Origin: Dehalococcoidia bacterium
Lineage (GTDB): Bacteria > Chloroflexota > Dehalococcoidia > Bin125
DNA length: 64,000 nt
Reading direction: 5' to 3'
NCBI GenBank assembly: GCA_965263065.1
Contig: CBDHGH010000003.1
Location: forward strand, 1,156,537-1,220,536
The notes beneath the pieces are model-generated. The model saw nothing but the letters and a program-made list of their open reading frames with translations. It was not told where the DNA came from and searched no databases. Made by a program: the position numbers and the translations under genes. Below, piece after piece: positions 20,086 to 28,382 of the stretch. The stretch's first letter is position 1; the number at the start of each line of letters is the position of its first letter.

Positions 20086-20214
20086 AGGGGCTGTGCTCCC
20101 GCACGATTCTACGGCCGGACGGCTGCCGCGGCCCTCCGCGCCGCCCGGTCGCCATTCGTCAGCAGCCCCAGGCCGCATCTCCGGCTATCCTCGCCGCGCT
20201 GGAGGGACCGCCCG

Positions 20215-20727
20215 ATGACGACGACCGCGCAGTCGATCCCCGCCGCGACGCTCCTGCAGGCCCTGCTCGACGCCGGCGTGCAGGACATCGTCGCCGTGCC
20301 CGACACGCACCAGCGCACGCTCATCGCGGCGATCGAGGCGCGCCCCGAGCTGCGCTTCATCCAGGCCACGACCGAGGACGAGGCGACCGCCATCTGCGCC
20401 GGCCTGATCGTCGGCGGGCGGCGGCCGCTGCTGCAGATCCAGCACGCGGGGCTCTACGCCTGCGTCAACAACCTGCGCGGGCTCGGCATCGACGGCGGCT
20501 TCCCCATCGTGCTGCTGGCCGGCCTGCTGGGCCGCGACCCGGCCAAGGCGCCCGGCGACGACTTCGGCTCGATGGTGCGGCTGGCGGCGCCGCTGCTCGA
20601 CGCGCTGGAGATCCCGCACCGCCTCATCGACGGTCCGGCCGACCTGCCCCATCTGGCCGCCGCCTACAACGAAGCCGAGGCGCGCGGCGGCCCCGTCGCG
20701 CTGCTGCTCGGCGCGGAGACCAGCTAA
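20215..20727 (+). CDS. comD: TPP-dependent decarboxylase, alpha (N-terminal Pyr-domain) subunit; sulfopyruvate/phosphonopyruvate decarboxylase ComD-like
   Basis: 170 aa with a TPP-enzyme N-terminal domain (LIAAIEARPELRFIQATTEDEATAICAGL). GGAGGG lies 8 nt upstream. The stop sits 2 nt before the partner gene. Confidence 0.7.
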   Translation: MTTTAQSIPAATLLQALLDAGVQDIVAVPDTHQRTLIAAIEARPELRFIQATTEDEATAICAGLIVGGRRPLLQIQHAGLYACVNNLRGLGIDGGFPIVLLAGLLGRDPAKAPGDDFGSMVRLAAPLLDALEIPHRLIDGPADLPHLAAAYNEAEARGGPVALLLGAETS

Positions 20728-20729
20728 CG

Positions 20730-21338
20730 ATGCCCGGCCCCGCCCCCGAACGCCGCATGCCCCGCGACGCCGCCCTCGACGTCCTCGCCCGCCGCCGCAC
20801 CGATCAGGTGGTCGTCTCCGCCATGACCGCGCTGGGCCCCTGGCGGCGGCGCTCCCCCAGCGACCGCAACCTGTTCAACCTCGGCTTCATGGGCGGCGCC
20901 TCGACCTACGCCCTGGGCGTCGCCCTGGCGCGGCCCGACGTGCCCGTCTGGGTCATCGACGGCGACGGGTCGCTGCTCATGCAACTCGGCTCGCTGGCCA
21001 CCATCGCGCACGCCGCCCCGGCCAACTTCCTGCACGTCGTGATGCACAACGGCGTCTACGAGACCAGCGGCGCGCAGCCGATCCCCGGCGAGGGGCGGCT
21101 GTCGTTCGCGGGCATGGCGCGCGAGGCCGGCTACGCGCAGACCGCCCGCTTCGACGACGTGGAGGCCTTCGACGCCGACCTGGACGACCTCCTGCGTCGC
21201 GACGGCCCCACGCTCGTCGAGCTGATCACCGCCCCCGCCGGCGCCTTCTATTCCCCGGCGCCGCCGCCCGCGACCCGTCCCACCCCCGCCGTCGCTCGCA
21301 ACTGGCCGACAGTGCGGGACGCGCTCAGCACTGACTAG
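20730..21338 (+). CDS. comE: TPP-dependent decarboxylase, beta (TPP-binding) subunit; ComE-like
   Basis: The TPP-binding motif VIDGDGSLLMQLGSLATIA...N (GDG...N) is present, and the gene pairs with the upstream alpha subunit. Confidence 0.7.
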   Translation: MPGPAPERRMPRDAALDVLARRRTDQVVVSAMTALGPWRRRSPSDRNLFNLGFMGGASTYALGVALARPDVPVWVIDGDGSLLMQLGSLATIAHAAPANFLHVVMHNGVYETSGAQPIPGEGRLSFAGMAREAGYAQTARFDDVEAFDADLDDLLRRDGPTLVELITAPAGAFYSPAPPPATRPTPAVARNWPTVRDALSTD

Positions 21339-21394
21339 CGCCTAGTGACAGTGCCCCGGCGTCGTGGCAGTGCGCCGATTCCCGGCCGCCCCAG

Positions 21395-22300
21395 CTAGCG
21401 CACGTTGCGCAGCCGCGGATCGAGCGCGTCGCGCAGCCAGTCGCCCATCAGGTTGCCGGTCAGCGCGATCGTCAGCAGGGCCAGCCCCGGCAGCCAGATC
21501 GGCCACCAGGCGACGTTCATGAATTCGCGGCCCTCCGAGATCATCACCCCCCACGACGGCGTGCCCGCCGGCGCGCCGACGCTGAGGAAACTCAGCGCGG
21601 CCTCGGCCAGGATCACCAGCGCGACCTCCAGCGTCATGATGATCACGACGGTGTTGACGACGTTCGGGAACAGGTGCTTGCGCATGATCCAGGCCGGCCC
21701 CGCGCCCACCGCCCGGGAGGCCGTCACGAAGTCGCGCTCCCGCAGCGAGAGCACGTCGGCCCGCACCAGCCGGGCGTACGCGGGCCAGGTCCAGATCAGC
21801 AGGATGATGATCACGTTGCGCAGGCTCGGCCCCACCAAGCTCGCCAGCAGCACCGCGAAGAGCATCGCCGGCAGCGCCAGCTGCACGTCCACCAGCCGCA
21901 TCAGCAGCTGGCCGGTGAGGCCGCCCACCCAGCCCGCGACCAGCCCGATCAGCGTCCCCACCAGCGCCGCGCCCGGCACGACGAGGAAGACCACGATCAG
22001 CGCGATGCGCGCGCCGTACAGCAGCCGGCTGAAGATGTCCCGCCCCACGTGGTCCGTGCCCAGGACATGGTCCCAACTGCCCCCGTCGAAGACGGGCGGC
22101 TGCAGGCGCCCGCCCAGGTTGAGGAACTCCGGGTCGTGCGTCGCCAGCCAGTCCGCCCCCACACCCGCCACGAGCAGCGCCAGCGCGATCAGGGCGGGGA
22201 CGGACAGCCCCAGCCGGCGCCGCCAGCGCCTGCCGCCCCGTCGCCGCTCGACGGCAACAACCGGAGCCTGCGCCGCGGTCTCCGCCGTCGGCCGGGCCAT
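21395..22300 (-). CDS. ABC transporter permease (DppC-like), copy A
   Basis: 301 aa and ~90 % nucleotide identity to 31045..31938. It has an N-terminal Arg-rich cytoplasmic tail and the EAA motif. Confidence 0.85.
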   Translation of the reverse strand: MARPTAETAAQAPVVAVERRRGGRRWRRRLGLSVPALIALALLVAGVGADWLATHDPEFLNLGGRLQPPVFDGGSWDHVLGTDHVGRDIFSRLLYGARIALIVVFLVVPGAALVGTLIGLVAGWVGGLTGQLLMRLVDVQLALPAMLFAVLLASLVGPSLRNVIIILLIWTWPAYARLVRADVLSLRERDFVTASRAVGAGPAWIMRKHLFPNVVNTVVIIMTLEVALVILAEAALSFLSVGAPAGTPSWGVMISEGREFMNVAWWPIWLPGLALLTIALTGNLMGDWLRDALDPRLRNVR

Positions 22301-23238
22301 CAGGCGGCCCCCGCCCGGATGCGCGGGTCGATCAGCCGGTACGACACGTCCACCAGCAGGTTGGTCACCGCGATCGACGCCGCCAGCACGATGATCGACG
22401 CCTGCACCATCGGGTAGTCACTCTGGACGATCGAGTCGACGATCAACCGGCCGATCCCCGGCCAGGCGAACACCAACTCGATGATCACCGAGCCGCCGAT
22501 GAGGCGGCCGAGCGAGAGGCCCAGCAGCGTCACGACCGGCAGCAGCGCGTGCCGCACGGCGTGCCGCCGGATCACCAGCCGCTCGCTCAGCCCCTTGGCC
22601 CGCGCCGTGCGAATGAAGTCGGTGTCCAGCACGTCGATCATCCCCGACCGGGTCAGCCGCATGATCGCGACCAGCTCCAGCAGCCCCAGCGACAGCGCCG
22701 GCAAGATCAAGGACCGGAAGCCGTCCTCCGCGCCGGCGGTCGGGAACCAGCCGAGCCGCACGGAGAAGAAGAAGATCAGCATCAGGCCCAGCCAGAAGCT
22801 CGGCGTGGCCTGCCCGATCACGGCCAGGAAGCGGGCCAGCCAGTCGACGGCCCGGCCCCGCCGCAACGCCGCCACGAGCCCCAACGGCGCCCCCAGCGCG
22901 ATCGCGAACACCATGCCGGCCGCCCCCAGCTTGAACGTGTTCAGCGCCCGGTCGCCGATCGCGCCGATCGCCGGTTTGCCCCCGCCCCGAAACGAGGTCC
23001 CCAAGTCCCCTTGCGCCAGGTCCCAGAGGAACTTGCCGTACTGGACGAACAGCGGGTCGTTCAGCCCCAGGGTCTCCTTCAGCTGCTCGACGTCGGCGGC
23101 CCGCCGCGACTCCATCGGCAACAGGGTCGCCACGGGATTCCCCACGAGGCGCGAGACGAAGAAGACGATCGTCACGACGAGGAAGACGACGAAGAAGGCC
23201 TGCGTGAGCCGGATCGCGAAATAGTGCCAGAACTGCAT
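22300..23238 (-). CDS. ABC transporter permease (DppB-like), copy A
   Basis: MQFWHYFAIRLTQAFF..., 312 aa, paralogue of 31938..32876. ATGA overlap with the downstream permease. Confidence 0.85.
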   Translation of the reverse strand: MQFWHYFAIRLTQAFFVVFLVVTIVFFVSRLVGNPVATLLPMESRRAADVEQLKETLGLNDPLFVQYGKFLWDLAQGDLGTSFRGGGKPAIGAIGDRALNTFKLGAAGMVFAIALGAPLGLVAALRRGRAVDWLARFLAVIGQATPSFWLGLMLIFFFSVRLGWFPTAGAEDGFRSLILPALSLGLLELVAIMRLTRSGMIDVLDTDFIRTARAKGLSERLVIRRHAVRHALLPVVTLLGLSLGRLIGGSVIIELVFAWPGIGRLIVDSIVQSDYPMVQASIIVLAASIAVTNLLVDVSYRLIDPRIRAGAA

Positions 23239-23365
23239 CAGGTCCCTTGCCGATCACGCGCCGGCGGTCCCGGGGGCGTGTGCCGCGGGCGTCGGCGCCC
23301 GCGGCGTCTCGCCGGCTCCGATCCCGGTGGGCGCATCCGACAGGGGCGCGTTCGGCGGGGGCCGC

Positions 23366-24280
23366 CTACGCGAACTGGTCGCGGCCGGCGACCTCGAGTG
23401 CCGCGGTGCGCCCCGGCTCTTCCTCGTACTTGAACGGGTAGAGGTGCTCGAGGCCCAAGAGGCGCGGCAACTCGGGGTGGCGGTCGAGGAGATTGGGGTC
23501 GCTCTCCCGCCAATCCTGGATCGGCTTCATGTACGCGCGCATCCACATCAGAGCCAGGGTGACGCGCAGGCCGGGCGTGGTGCGGGGCAGCGCGCCGTGC
23601 CAAGTCGCGCCGTGCCAGACGACCAGGGAGCCCTCGCGCGCGCTCAGCGGCACGACGCGGTAGGGGTTGTCCTCCCGCGTGAAGTCCTGCTCGTGGAGGA
23701 AGGGGGCGCGACCGAAGAGGTGGCTGCCCGGCACGTAGACCGTGGGGCCGTCCTCCTCATTGCTGTAGTCGCTCAGCACCCAGGAGGTGTTGCAGAAGTG
23801 GGCGTTCTGGGACATGGGCGGCGGCACGGCTAGGGCGTCGCAGTGGAGCAAGAGGGGCTTCGTCTGGTCGTCCGTGCTGATCCCGGGAGCCTTGTTGCTC
23901 CCCTTGAGCAGCCAGGTGGCGCCGGTCATGACCGCGCTCTGGCCGCACATCCAGCGGGCGATCGCCAGGGCCGCCGGGTTGAGGACAGCTTCGACGAAGG
24001 CCTCGTCCTCCTCGAGCAGCCACCAACTGTTCCGGAACCCCGCCTTGAGCTCGGCCGTGCGGTAGTCGTCGATCGGATCATCGTTGCGGGCGCCGTGCGT
24101 GCGCAGGATGGCGTCGCGCAGGCGCTCCACGAAGCCGGGCGCGGCCACCGTCTTCTCCGGCGGGATGACGGTGAAGCCGTAGGCGTCGAGCTCGACGACG
24201 TTGTGCTCCAAGCCGTAGCGGGTGATCTCGCTGACGGCGGCGTCGGCGGCGGGGGAGGCGTGCAGAGCGGTGATGTCCAT
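23366..24280 (-). CDS. phytanoyl-CoA dioxygenase (PhyH) family Fe(II)/2-oxoglutarate dioxygenase
   Basis: 304 aa from the ATG at 24280 (GGAAGG upstream). The PhyH-like HCD...H pattern (LLLHCDAL ... GSHLFG ... VVWHGATWHGALP) is present. The gene is embedded between the substrate-binding-protein and DppB genes of operon 2. Confidence 0.75.
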   Translation of the reverse strand: MDITALHASPAADAAVSEITRYGLEHNVVELDAYGFTVIPPEKTVAAPGFVERLRDAILRTHGARNDDPIDDYRTAELKAGFRNSWWLLEEDEAFVEAVLNPAALAIARWMCGQSAVMTGATWLLKGSNKAPGISTDDQTKPLLLHCDALAVPPPMSQNAHFCNTSWVLSDYSNEEDGPTVYVPGSHLFGRAPFLHEQDFTREDNPYRVVPLSAREGSLVVWHGATWHGALPRTTPGLRVTLALMWMRAYMKPIQDWRESDPNLLDRHPELPRLLGLEHLYPFKYEEEPGRTAALEVAGRDQFA

Positions 24281-24330
24281 GATCGGGTCTTCCCTTCCGA
24301 AAGTCGCGGGAGGTTCCGGGACGTCGCGCG

Positions 24331-26727
24331 TTAGATGTGCCGCTGCACGGCGTAGGTGCTGCCCCCAAACAGATATCCGGCGCGCCCGCCCTTGGGCCAG
24401 TTGACGTCGCCGCGGGTCAGCACGGCGTCCGGGGCCTCGACGATGAAAATCAACCACGCTTGGCGCGCGTGCTCCAGGAACAGCTCCGTGATCAGCTCCA
24501 GGCGCCGCGCCGGATCTTGCTCGGCCCTCTGCGCGAGGTACAGCTCCTGCAGGGCCGGATCGTGGACCCCCTCGCCGTTGAGCTCGAAGAAGTCGGATTC
24601 GCCCGAGGCGCAGCAATCCCACATCGATCCGACGTCGCGGTTGTTGTTGGCCCAGAACCAGTAGAGGCCCGGCGGGGAGTCGCGGCCGCCCCTCACGTAA
24701 GCGTCGGTCAAGTACTCGGCCAGGAGGGTCGACTCTTCGTGCGCGCGGATGCCGACCGCGGTCAGGTCCTGCACCACCGCCAGCACCATGTCCGCCTCGT
24801 ACGCGCCGCCCCAGTCGGTCGTCCAGTACAGAGGGATGTCGAAGCCGTCCGCGTAGCCCGCCTCTGCCAGCAGTTGCTTGGCCCGCTCGGGGTCGTAGTC
24901 GTACTGGACTTCCTGCTTCTGCTCCGGGCTGGGATAGCCGTTGACGCCGGTGAACGCGAAGAGTGGATACGTGCCCTGGCCGAGCAGGAGGTTGTCGATG
25001 ATGGATTGGCGGTTGATCGCGTGGTTCGCGGCTTGGCGGACGCGGAGGTCCAGGAACGGGTTCGGGCTGCCGTCCGGCATCGTCTCGGGGAACAGGTTGG
25101 GATAGAGGACCTGGATGGCCCACGGTCCGGCGGGCTGGAACTGCACGGCGAAGTCGGGGTCGTCCGCGTACGGCGCCACGTGATTGGGGCCCAGTTCCGC
25201 CACCATGTCGATCTCACCGGCCTCCAGGCCGGCGAGCCGCGACTGGATCTCGGGCCGTATCACGACCCTCAGGTGTTTGTTGTGGGCGTAGTGCGGCACC
25301 ACGAGGGGGTGGTCGACCGGGCGGAACTGGTCCTCGAAGCGCTCGAAGACGAAGTCCGTGTCGTCTTCGTGGCTGACGAAGCGGTAGGGGCCGGTGCCCA
25401 TCGCCTCCTGATCCACCGCGGCGTCGCCGCGCCGCTCCACGTCCGCTTGCGACATGATGCCGATCTCCAAGGTCGAGGCCAGGTCGATGATGAAGTAGGC
25501 CGGATTGAACGCCGGCAACTCGAACGACCACGTGCGGTCGTCCACGGCCTCGTTCCGGACCCAGTCCCGGGCGCTGGCCCGGTTGGGGTTCCAGGGGGCC
25601 CAGCCGCCGGGGTGATCGCTCGTCTCGCCGCCCTGGTGGTATTCGGCGAGACCGCCCTTGCGGTCGAAGTTGAACACCATGTCGTGGGCGGTGAGGATCG
25701 AGCCGTCGTGGAACGGCGCCGGCACAACCGACGCCACGATCGACGTGGCGTCGATCCACTCCGGCGCGGCGAGGTCTGGGATCGGCAAGCCATCGCGGGG
25801 ATCTATCGCCATGGGCGCGTTGAAGACGGCGCCGTGCGAGTAGTGGTTCGTGATGCTGGCGGAGCGGTGCTGATCCACCCCCCCCTGGTCGGAGGGGACC
25901 ACCCCGACGATCGAGGCGTCCAGATCGACCTGGTCGAGCGGCCAGGGGACGGTGAACTCGGCGGCCTCGGATATGGCCATGCCGGCCTCGACGGCCGCCG
26001 CAGCCGCGCTGGCGGCCTCCCCGGCCGCCTCGGCGGCCTCTTGGGCGGCGGCAACGGCCGCCGCGGCGGTCTCGGCGGCGGCTTCGGCGGTCTCCTGGGC
26101 CGTGGCGGCGGCCGCCCCGGCGGCGGCGGACGCCTCCCCGGCCGCGGCGGCAGCCGCAGCGGCCGCGTCGGCGGCCGCGTCGATGGCGGCCTGGGCGGCC
26201 GCCGCGGTGGCGGTGCCGGCCTCGACCGCGGCGGCCGCATCACGGGCGGCCTGGGCGGCGGCCTCGGCGGCCTGAGCGGCGGCGTCCGCGACGGCCGCGG
26301 CCGCGGCGTCACCGGCTGCGGATGCGGCGTCGGCGGCCTGGGCGGCCGCCGCAGCCGCGGCTTCCGCGGCGGCGGCCGCGTTGGCGGCGTCCTCCGATTC
26401 GGCCGCCTCGGCGGCCAGGGCGGCGGCGGCATCGGCGGCATCGGCGGCCTGCGAAGCCGCGGCGGCGGCCTCGGATGCGGCGGCCGACGCTTCGGACGCC
26501 GCGGCCGACGCCTCACCCGCGGCGCTGGCCGCAGCGCTCGCGTCACCCGCTGCGGCGTCAATCGCCGACGTATCGACCGCGGCCGGCGCGGCGTCATCGT
26601 CGTCGTCGCCGCAGCCGACCAAGGCCAGCCCGGCTGCTCCAACCCCAGCCTTCGCGCTGGCTCCCAACATGGTGCGGCGCGAGATCTTCCGCTGTCGAAG
26701 GGTCGTCCAATAGTTGCGGTCGCTCAT
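24331..26727 (-). CDS. ABC transporter substrate-binding lipoprotein (family 5) with Tat signal and ~330-aa poly-Ala/acidic linker, paralogue 2
   Basis: MSDRNYWTTLRQRKISRRTMLGASAKAGVGAAGLALVGCGDDDDD, then an Ala/Glu/Asp/Ser-rich low-complexity stretch of ~330 aa, then the SBP domain. The ATG at 26727 is confirmed. Confidence 0.85.
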   Translation of the reverse strand: MSDRNYWTTLRQRKISRRTMLGASAKAGVGAAGLALVGCGDDDDDAAPAAVDTSAIDAAAGDASAAASAAGEASAAASEASAAASEAAAAASQAADAADAAAALAAEAAESEDAANAAAAAEAAAAAAAQAADAASAAGDAAAAAVADAAAQAAEAAAQAARDAAAAVEAGTATAAAAQAAIDAAADAAAAAAAAAGEASAAAGAAAATAQETAEAAAETAAAAVAAAQEAAEAAGEAASAAAAAVEAGMAISEAAEFTVPWPLDQVDLDASIVGVVPSDQGGVDQHRSASITNHYSHGAVFNAPMAIDPRDGLPIPDLAAPEWIDATSIVASVVPAPFHDGSILTAHDMVFNFDRKGGLAEYHQGGETSDHPGGWAPWNPNRASARDWVRNEAVDDRTWSFELPAFNPAYFIIDLASTLEIGIMSQADVERRGDAAVDQEAMGTGPYRFVSHEDDTDFVFERFEDQFRPVDHPLVVPHYAHNKHLRVVIRPEIQSRLAGLEAGEIDMVAELGPNHVAPYADDPDFAVQFQPAGPWAIQVLYPNLFPETMPDGSPNPFLDLRVRQAANHAINRQSIIDNLLLGQGTYPLFAFTGVNGYPSPEQKQEVQYDYDPERAKQLLAEAGYADGFDIPLYWTTDWGGAYEADMVLAVVQDLTAVGIRAHEESTLLAEYLTDAYVRGGRDSPPGLYWFWANNNRDVGSMWDCCASGESDFFELNGEGVHDPALQELYLAQRAEQDPARRLELITELFLEHARQAWLIFIVEAPDAVLTRGDVNWPKGGRAGYLFGGSTYAVQRHI

Positions 26728-26880
26728 CACATGTTCCCTTCTGGTCCCCGGCTGTCCCGTTGTGGGACCGCTCGGTGCGTGAGCGCGCACAGTATGGCAG
26801 GTTAAGAGAGTACCCGCCACTCTCGTTATGTCACATCGAAAAGAACTATTGATGCTCCCATGGAATTTATCGGTGCCGGG
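26728..26880 (-). promoter_or_regulatory. conserved structured 5' leader / promoter region of SBP paralogue 2 (near-identical copy at 35447..35600)
   Basis: ~150 nt is >90 % identical between the two loci. It includes an AT-richer segment (AATAGTTCTTTTCGATGTGACATAACGAG), three predicted hairpins and a GAAGGGAA Shine-Dalgarno. Confidence 0.6.
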
Positions 26881-26917
26881 CGCCGCGACCGCCTCCGCGA
26901 TCCCCCGATCGACGCTG

Positions 26918-26937
26918 CCCCCCCCCCCCCCCCCCCC
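26918..26937. repeat. homopolymeric tract, 20 consecutive C (G20 on the transcribed strand)
   Basis: Read directly: gacgctgccc cccccccccc cccccccgcc. It sits immediately 3' of the DUF2064 gene stop and at the upstream edge of the SBP2 promoter/leader. Confidence 0.9.
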
Positions 26938-26942
26938 GCCAG

Positions 26943-27641
26943 TCAGCGCCGCGACGCCAGCGACCGCACGACCGGCGTCGTCCGCCGTCCGGCGACCCGG
27001 GTGCCCGGCGCCGCCCGGCCGATCCGCGCCCGCAGGTCCGCGAGGTCGTCCGCCGTGTCGATGTCGTGCAGCGTCTCGACGCGGGCGCTGCGCAGCCCCG
27101 CCGCCGCGGCCGCCGCCTGGGACCGCGCCAGCACGTCCGGCCCGCCCCACGGGATCGACGCCGCGAACAGCGTCGCTTCGCGGTCGTCGCGCAGGCGGCG
27201 CAGTGCGACCAGGTAGTAGCCCCCGTCGGCGGCCGGCCCGAAGACGACGTCGGCCGCCGGCGGGGCGCCGAGCGCCCGCTGCGCCCGCTCGACCTGCGAC
27301 GCGCGCAGCGCCGGGATGTCGGTCCCGACCAGGGTCACCGGCCCCGCCCCGGCCGCGAACAGCGCCGCCGCCGCCGCCCGCATGCGCGCGCCGATATCGC
27401 CCGGCGCTTGCGGCAGGACGTCGTCGTGGCCGGTGAGCGCGCGGACGGCGTCGACCGTCCCGGCCGGCTCGACGAACACGACCGTGCGCCAGGGCCCCGC
27501 CGCGATCGCCTCCACCGTGTCGCGCAGCATCGCCGTCGCCAGCGCCACGGCGGCGGCGTCGCCGATCGTGCGGGCGAGCCGGGTCTTCGTGCGGCCGGGC
27601 GCCGGGGCGCGCGTCAGGATGCCGACGGCGGGGCCCGGCAT
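26943..27641 (-). CDS. TIGR04282-family protein (DUF2064, MobA/CofC-like nucleotidyltransferase fold)
   Basis: 232 aa, MPGPAVGILTRAPAPGRTKTRL..., with a GTDIP motif. Its ATG overlaps the stop of the upstream GT2 gene (ATGA). The family assignment is from memory. Confidence 0.65.
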   Translation of the reverse strand: MPGPAVGILTRAPAPGRTKTRLARTIGDAAAVALATAMLRDTVEAIAAGPWRTVVFVEPAGTVDAVRALTGHDDVLPQAPGDIGARMRAAAAALFAAGAGPVTLVGTDIPALRASQVERAQRALGAPPAADVVFGPAADGGYYLVALRRLRDDREATLFAASIPWGGPDVLARSQAAAAAAGLRSARVETLHDIDTADDLADLRARIGRAAPGTRVAGRRTTPVVRSLASRR

Positions 27642-28321
27642 CAGCGGATGTGCCGGTACAGCCGCGCCAGCCGATGCGGCGAGACGCCGGCGCAGTAGCC
27701 GAGCTGAATCACGACCCACGACGCCCAGGTGCGCGCGAGGCCCCCCCGCTCCCAGCGCCGCGGCGAGGCGCGGACGGCGGCTCGCAGGTACGCCATCCGC
27801 CCCATCCGGTGCAGCCGCCGCACGAACGCCAGATCCTCCATCAGCGGGACGGGCGGGAAGCCCCCGCACGCCGCGAAGGCGCCGGCCCGGCAGAAGAGCG
27901 CCGAGTCGCCGTAGTACACCCGGCAGCGCCGCATCACGTGGTAGAGCGCGGCCAGGAAGCGACCGTGCGCGCTGGGCCCGAAGTCGACGCGGTGGTTGCC
28001 CCCCACGACGCGGGCGTCGCGCAGGGCGGCCCGCATCGCGCGGCCCGCGGCCGGATGCAGGCGGGCGTCGGCGTGCAGGAAGCAGTAGATCTGGCCGCGC
28101 GCCGCCTCGGCCCCCCGATTGAGCTGCGGCCCCCGCCCGCGTGCGCCCGTCACGACCCGCGCGCCCAGCGATTCCGCGATCGGCGCCGTCGCGTCGTGGG
28201 ATCCCGCGTCGCTGACGATGACCTCGTCGGCCCCGGCCGCGAGGGCGCTCGACACGGCGCCGGCGATCGCCTCCGCCTCGTTGAGGGTGGGAATGATCAC
28301 GCTCAGCATCGGCTGCGACAC
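27641..28321 (-). CDS. family 2 glycosyltransferase (TIGR04283-like), partner of the DUF2064 protein
   Basis: LSVIIPTLNEAEAI....VIVSDAGSHD is a GT-A fold with a DxD-like motif. The start is GTG at 28321 or ATG at ~28309. Confidence 0.75.
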   Translation of the reverse strand: MSQPMLSVIIPTLNEAEAIAGAVSSALAAGADEVIVSDAGSHDATAPIAESLGARVVTGARGRGPQLNRGAEAARGQIYCFLHADARLHPAAGRAMRAALRDARVVGGNHRVDFGPSAHGRFLAALYHVMRRCRVYYGDSALFCRAGAFAACGGFPPVPLMEDLAFVRRLHRMGRMAYLRAAVRASPRRWERGGLARTWASWVVIQLGYCAGVSPHRLARLYRHIR

Positions 28322-28382
28322 GATGTCCTCCCCCGCGCAGGCCGACCCGCGGAGGGCCGCCCGGCTCGGCTACGATAGATGC

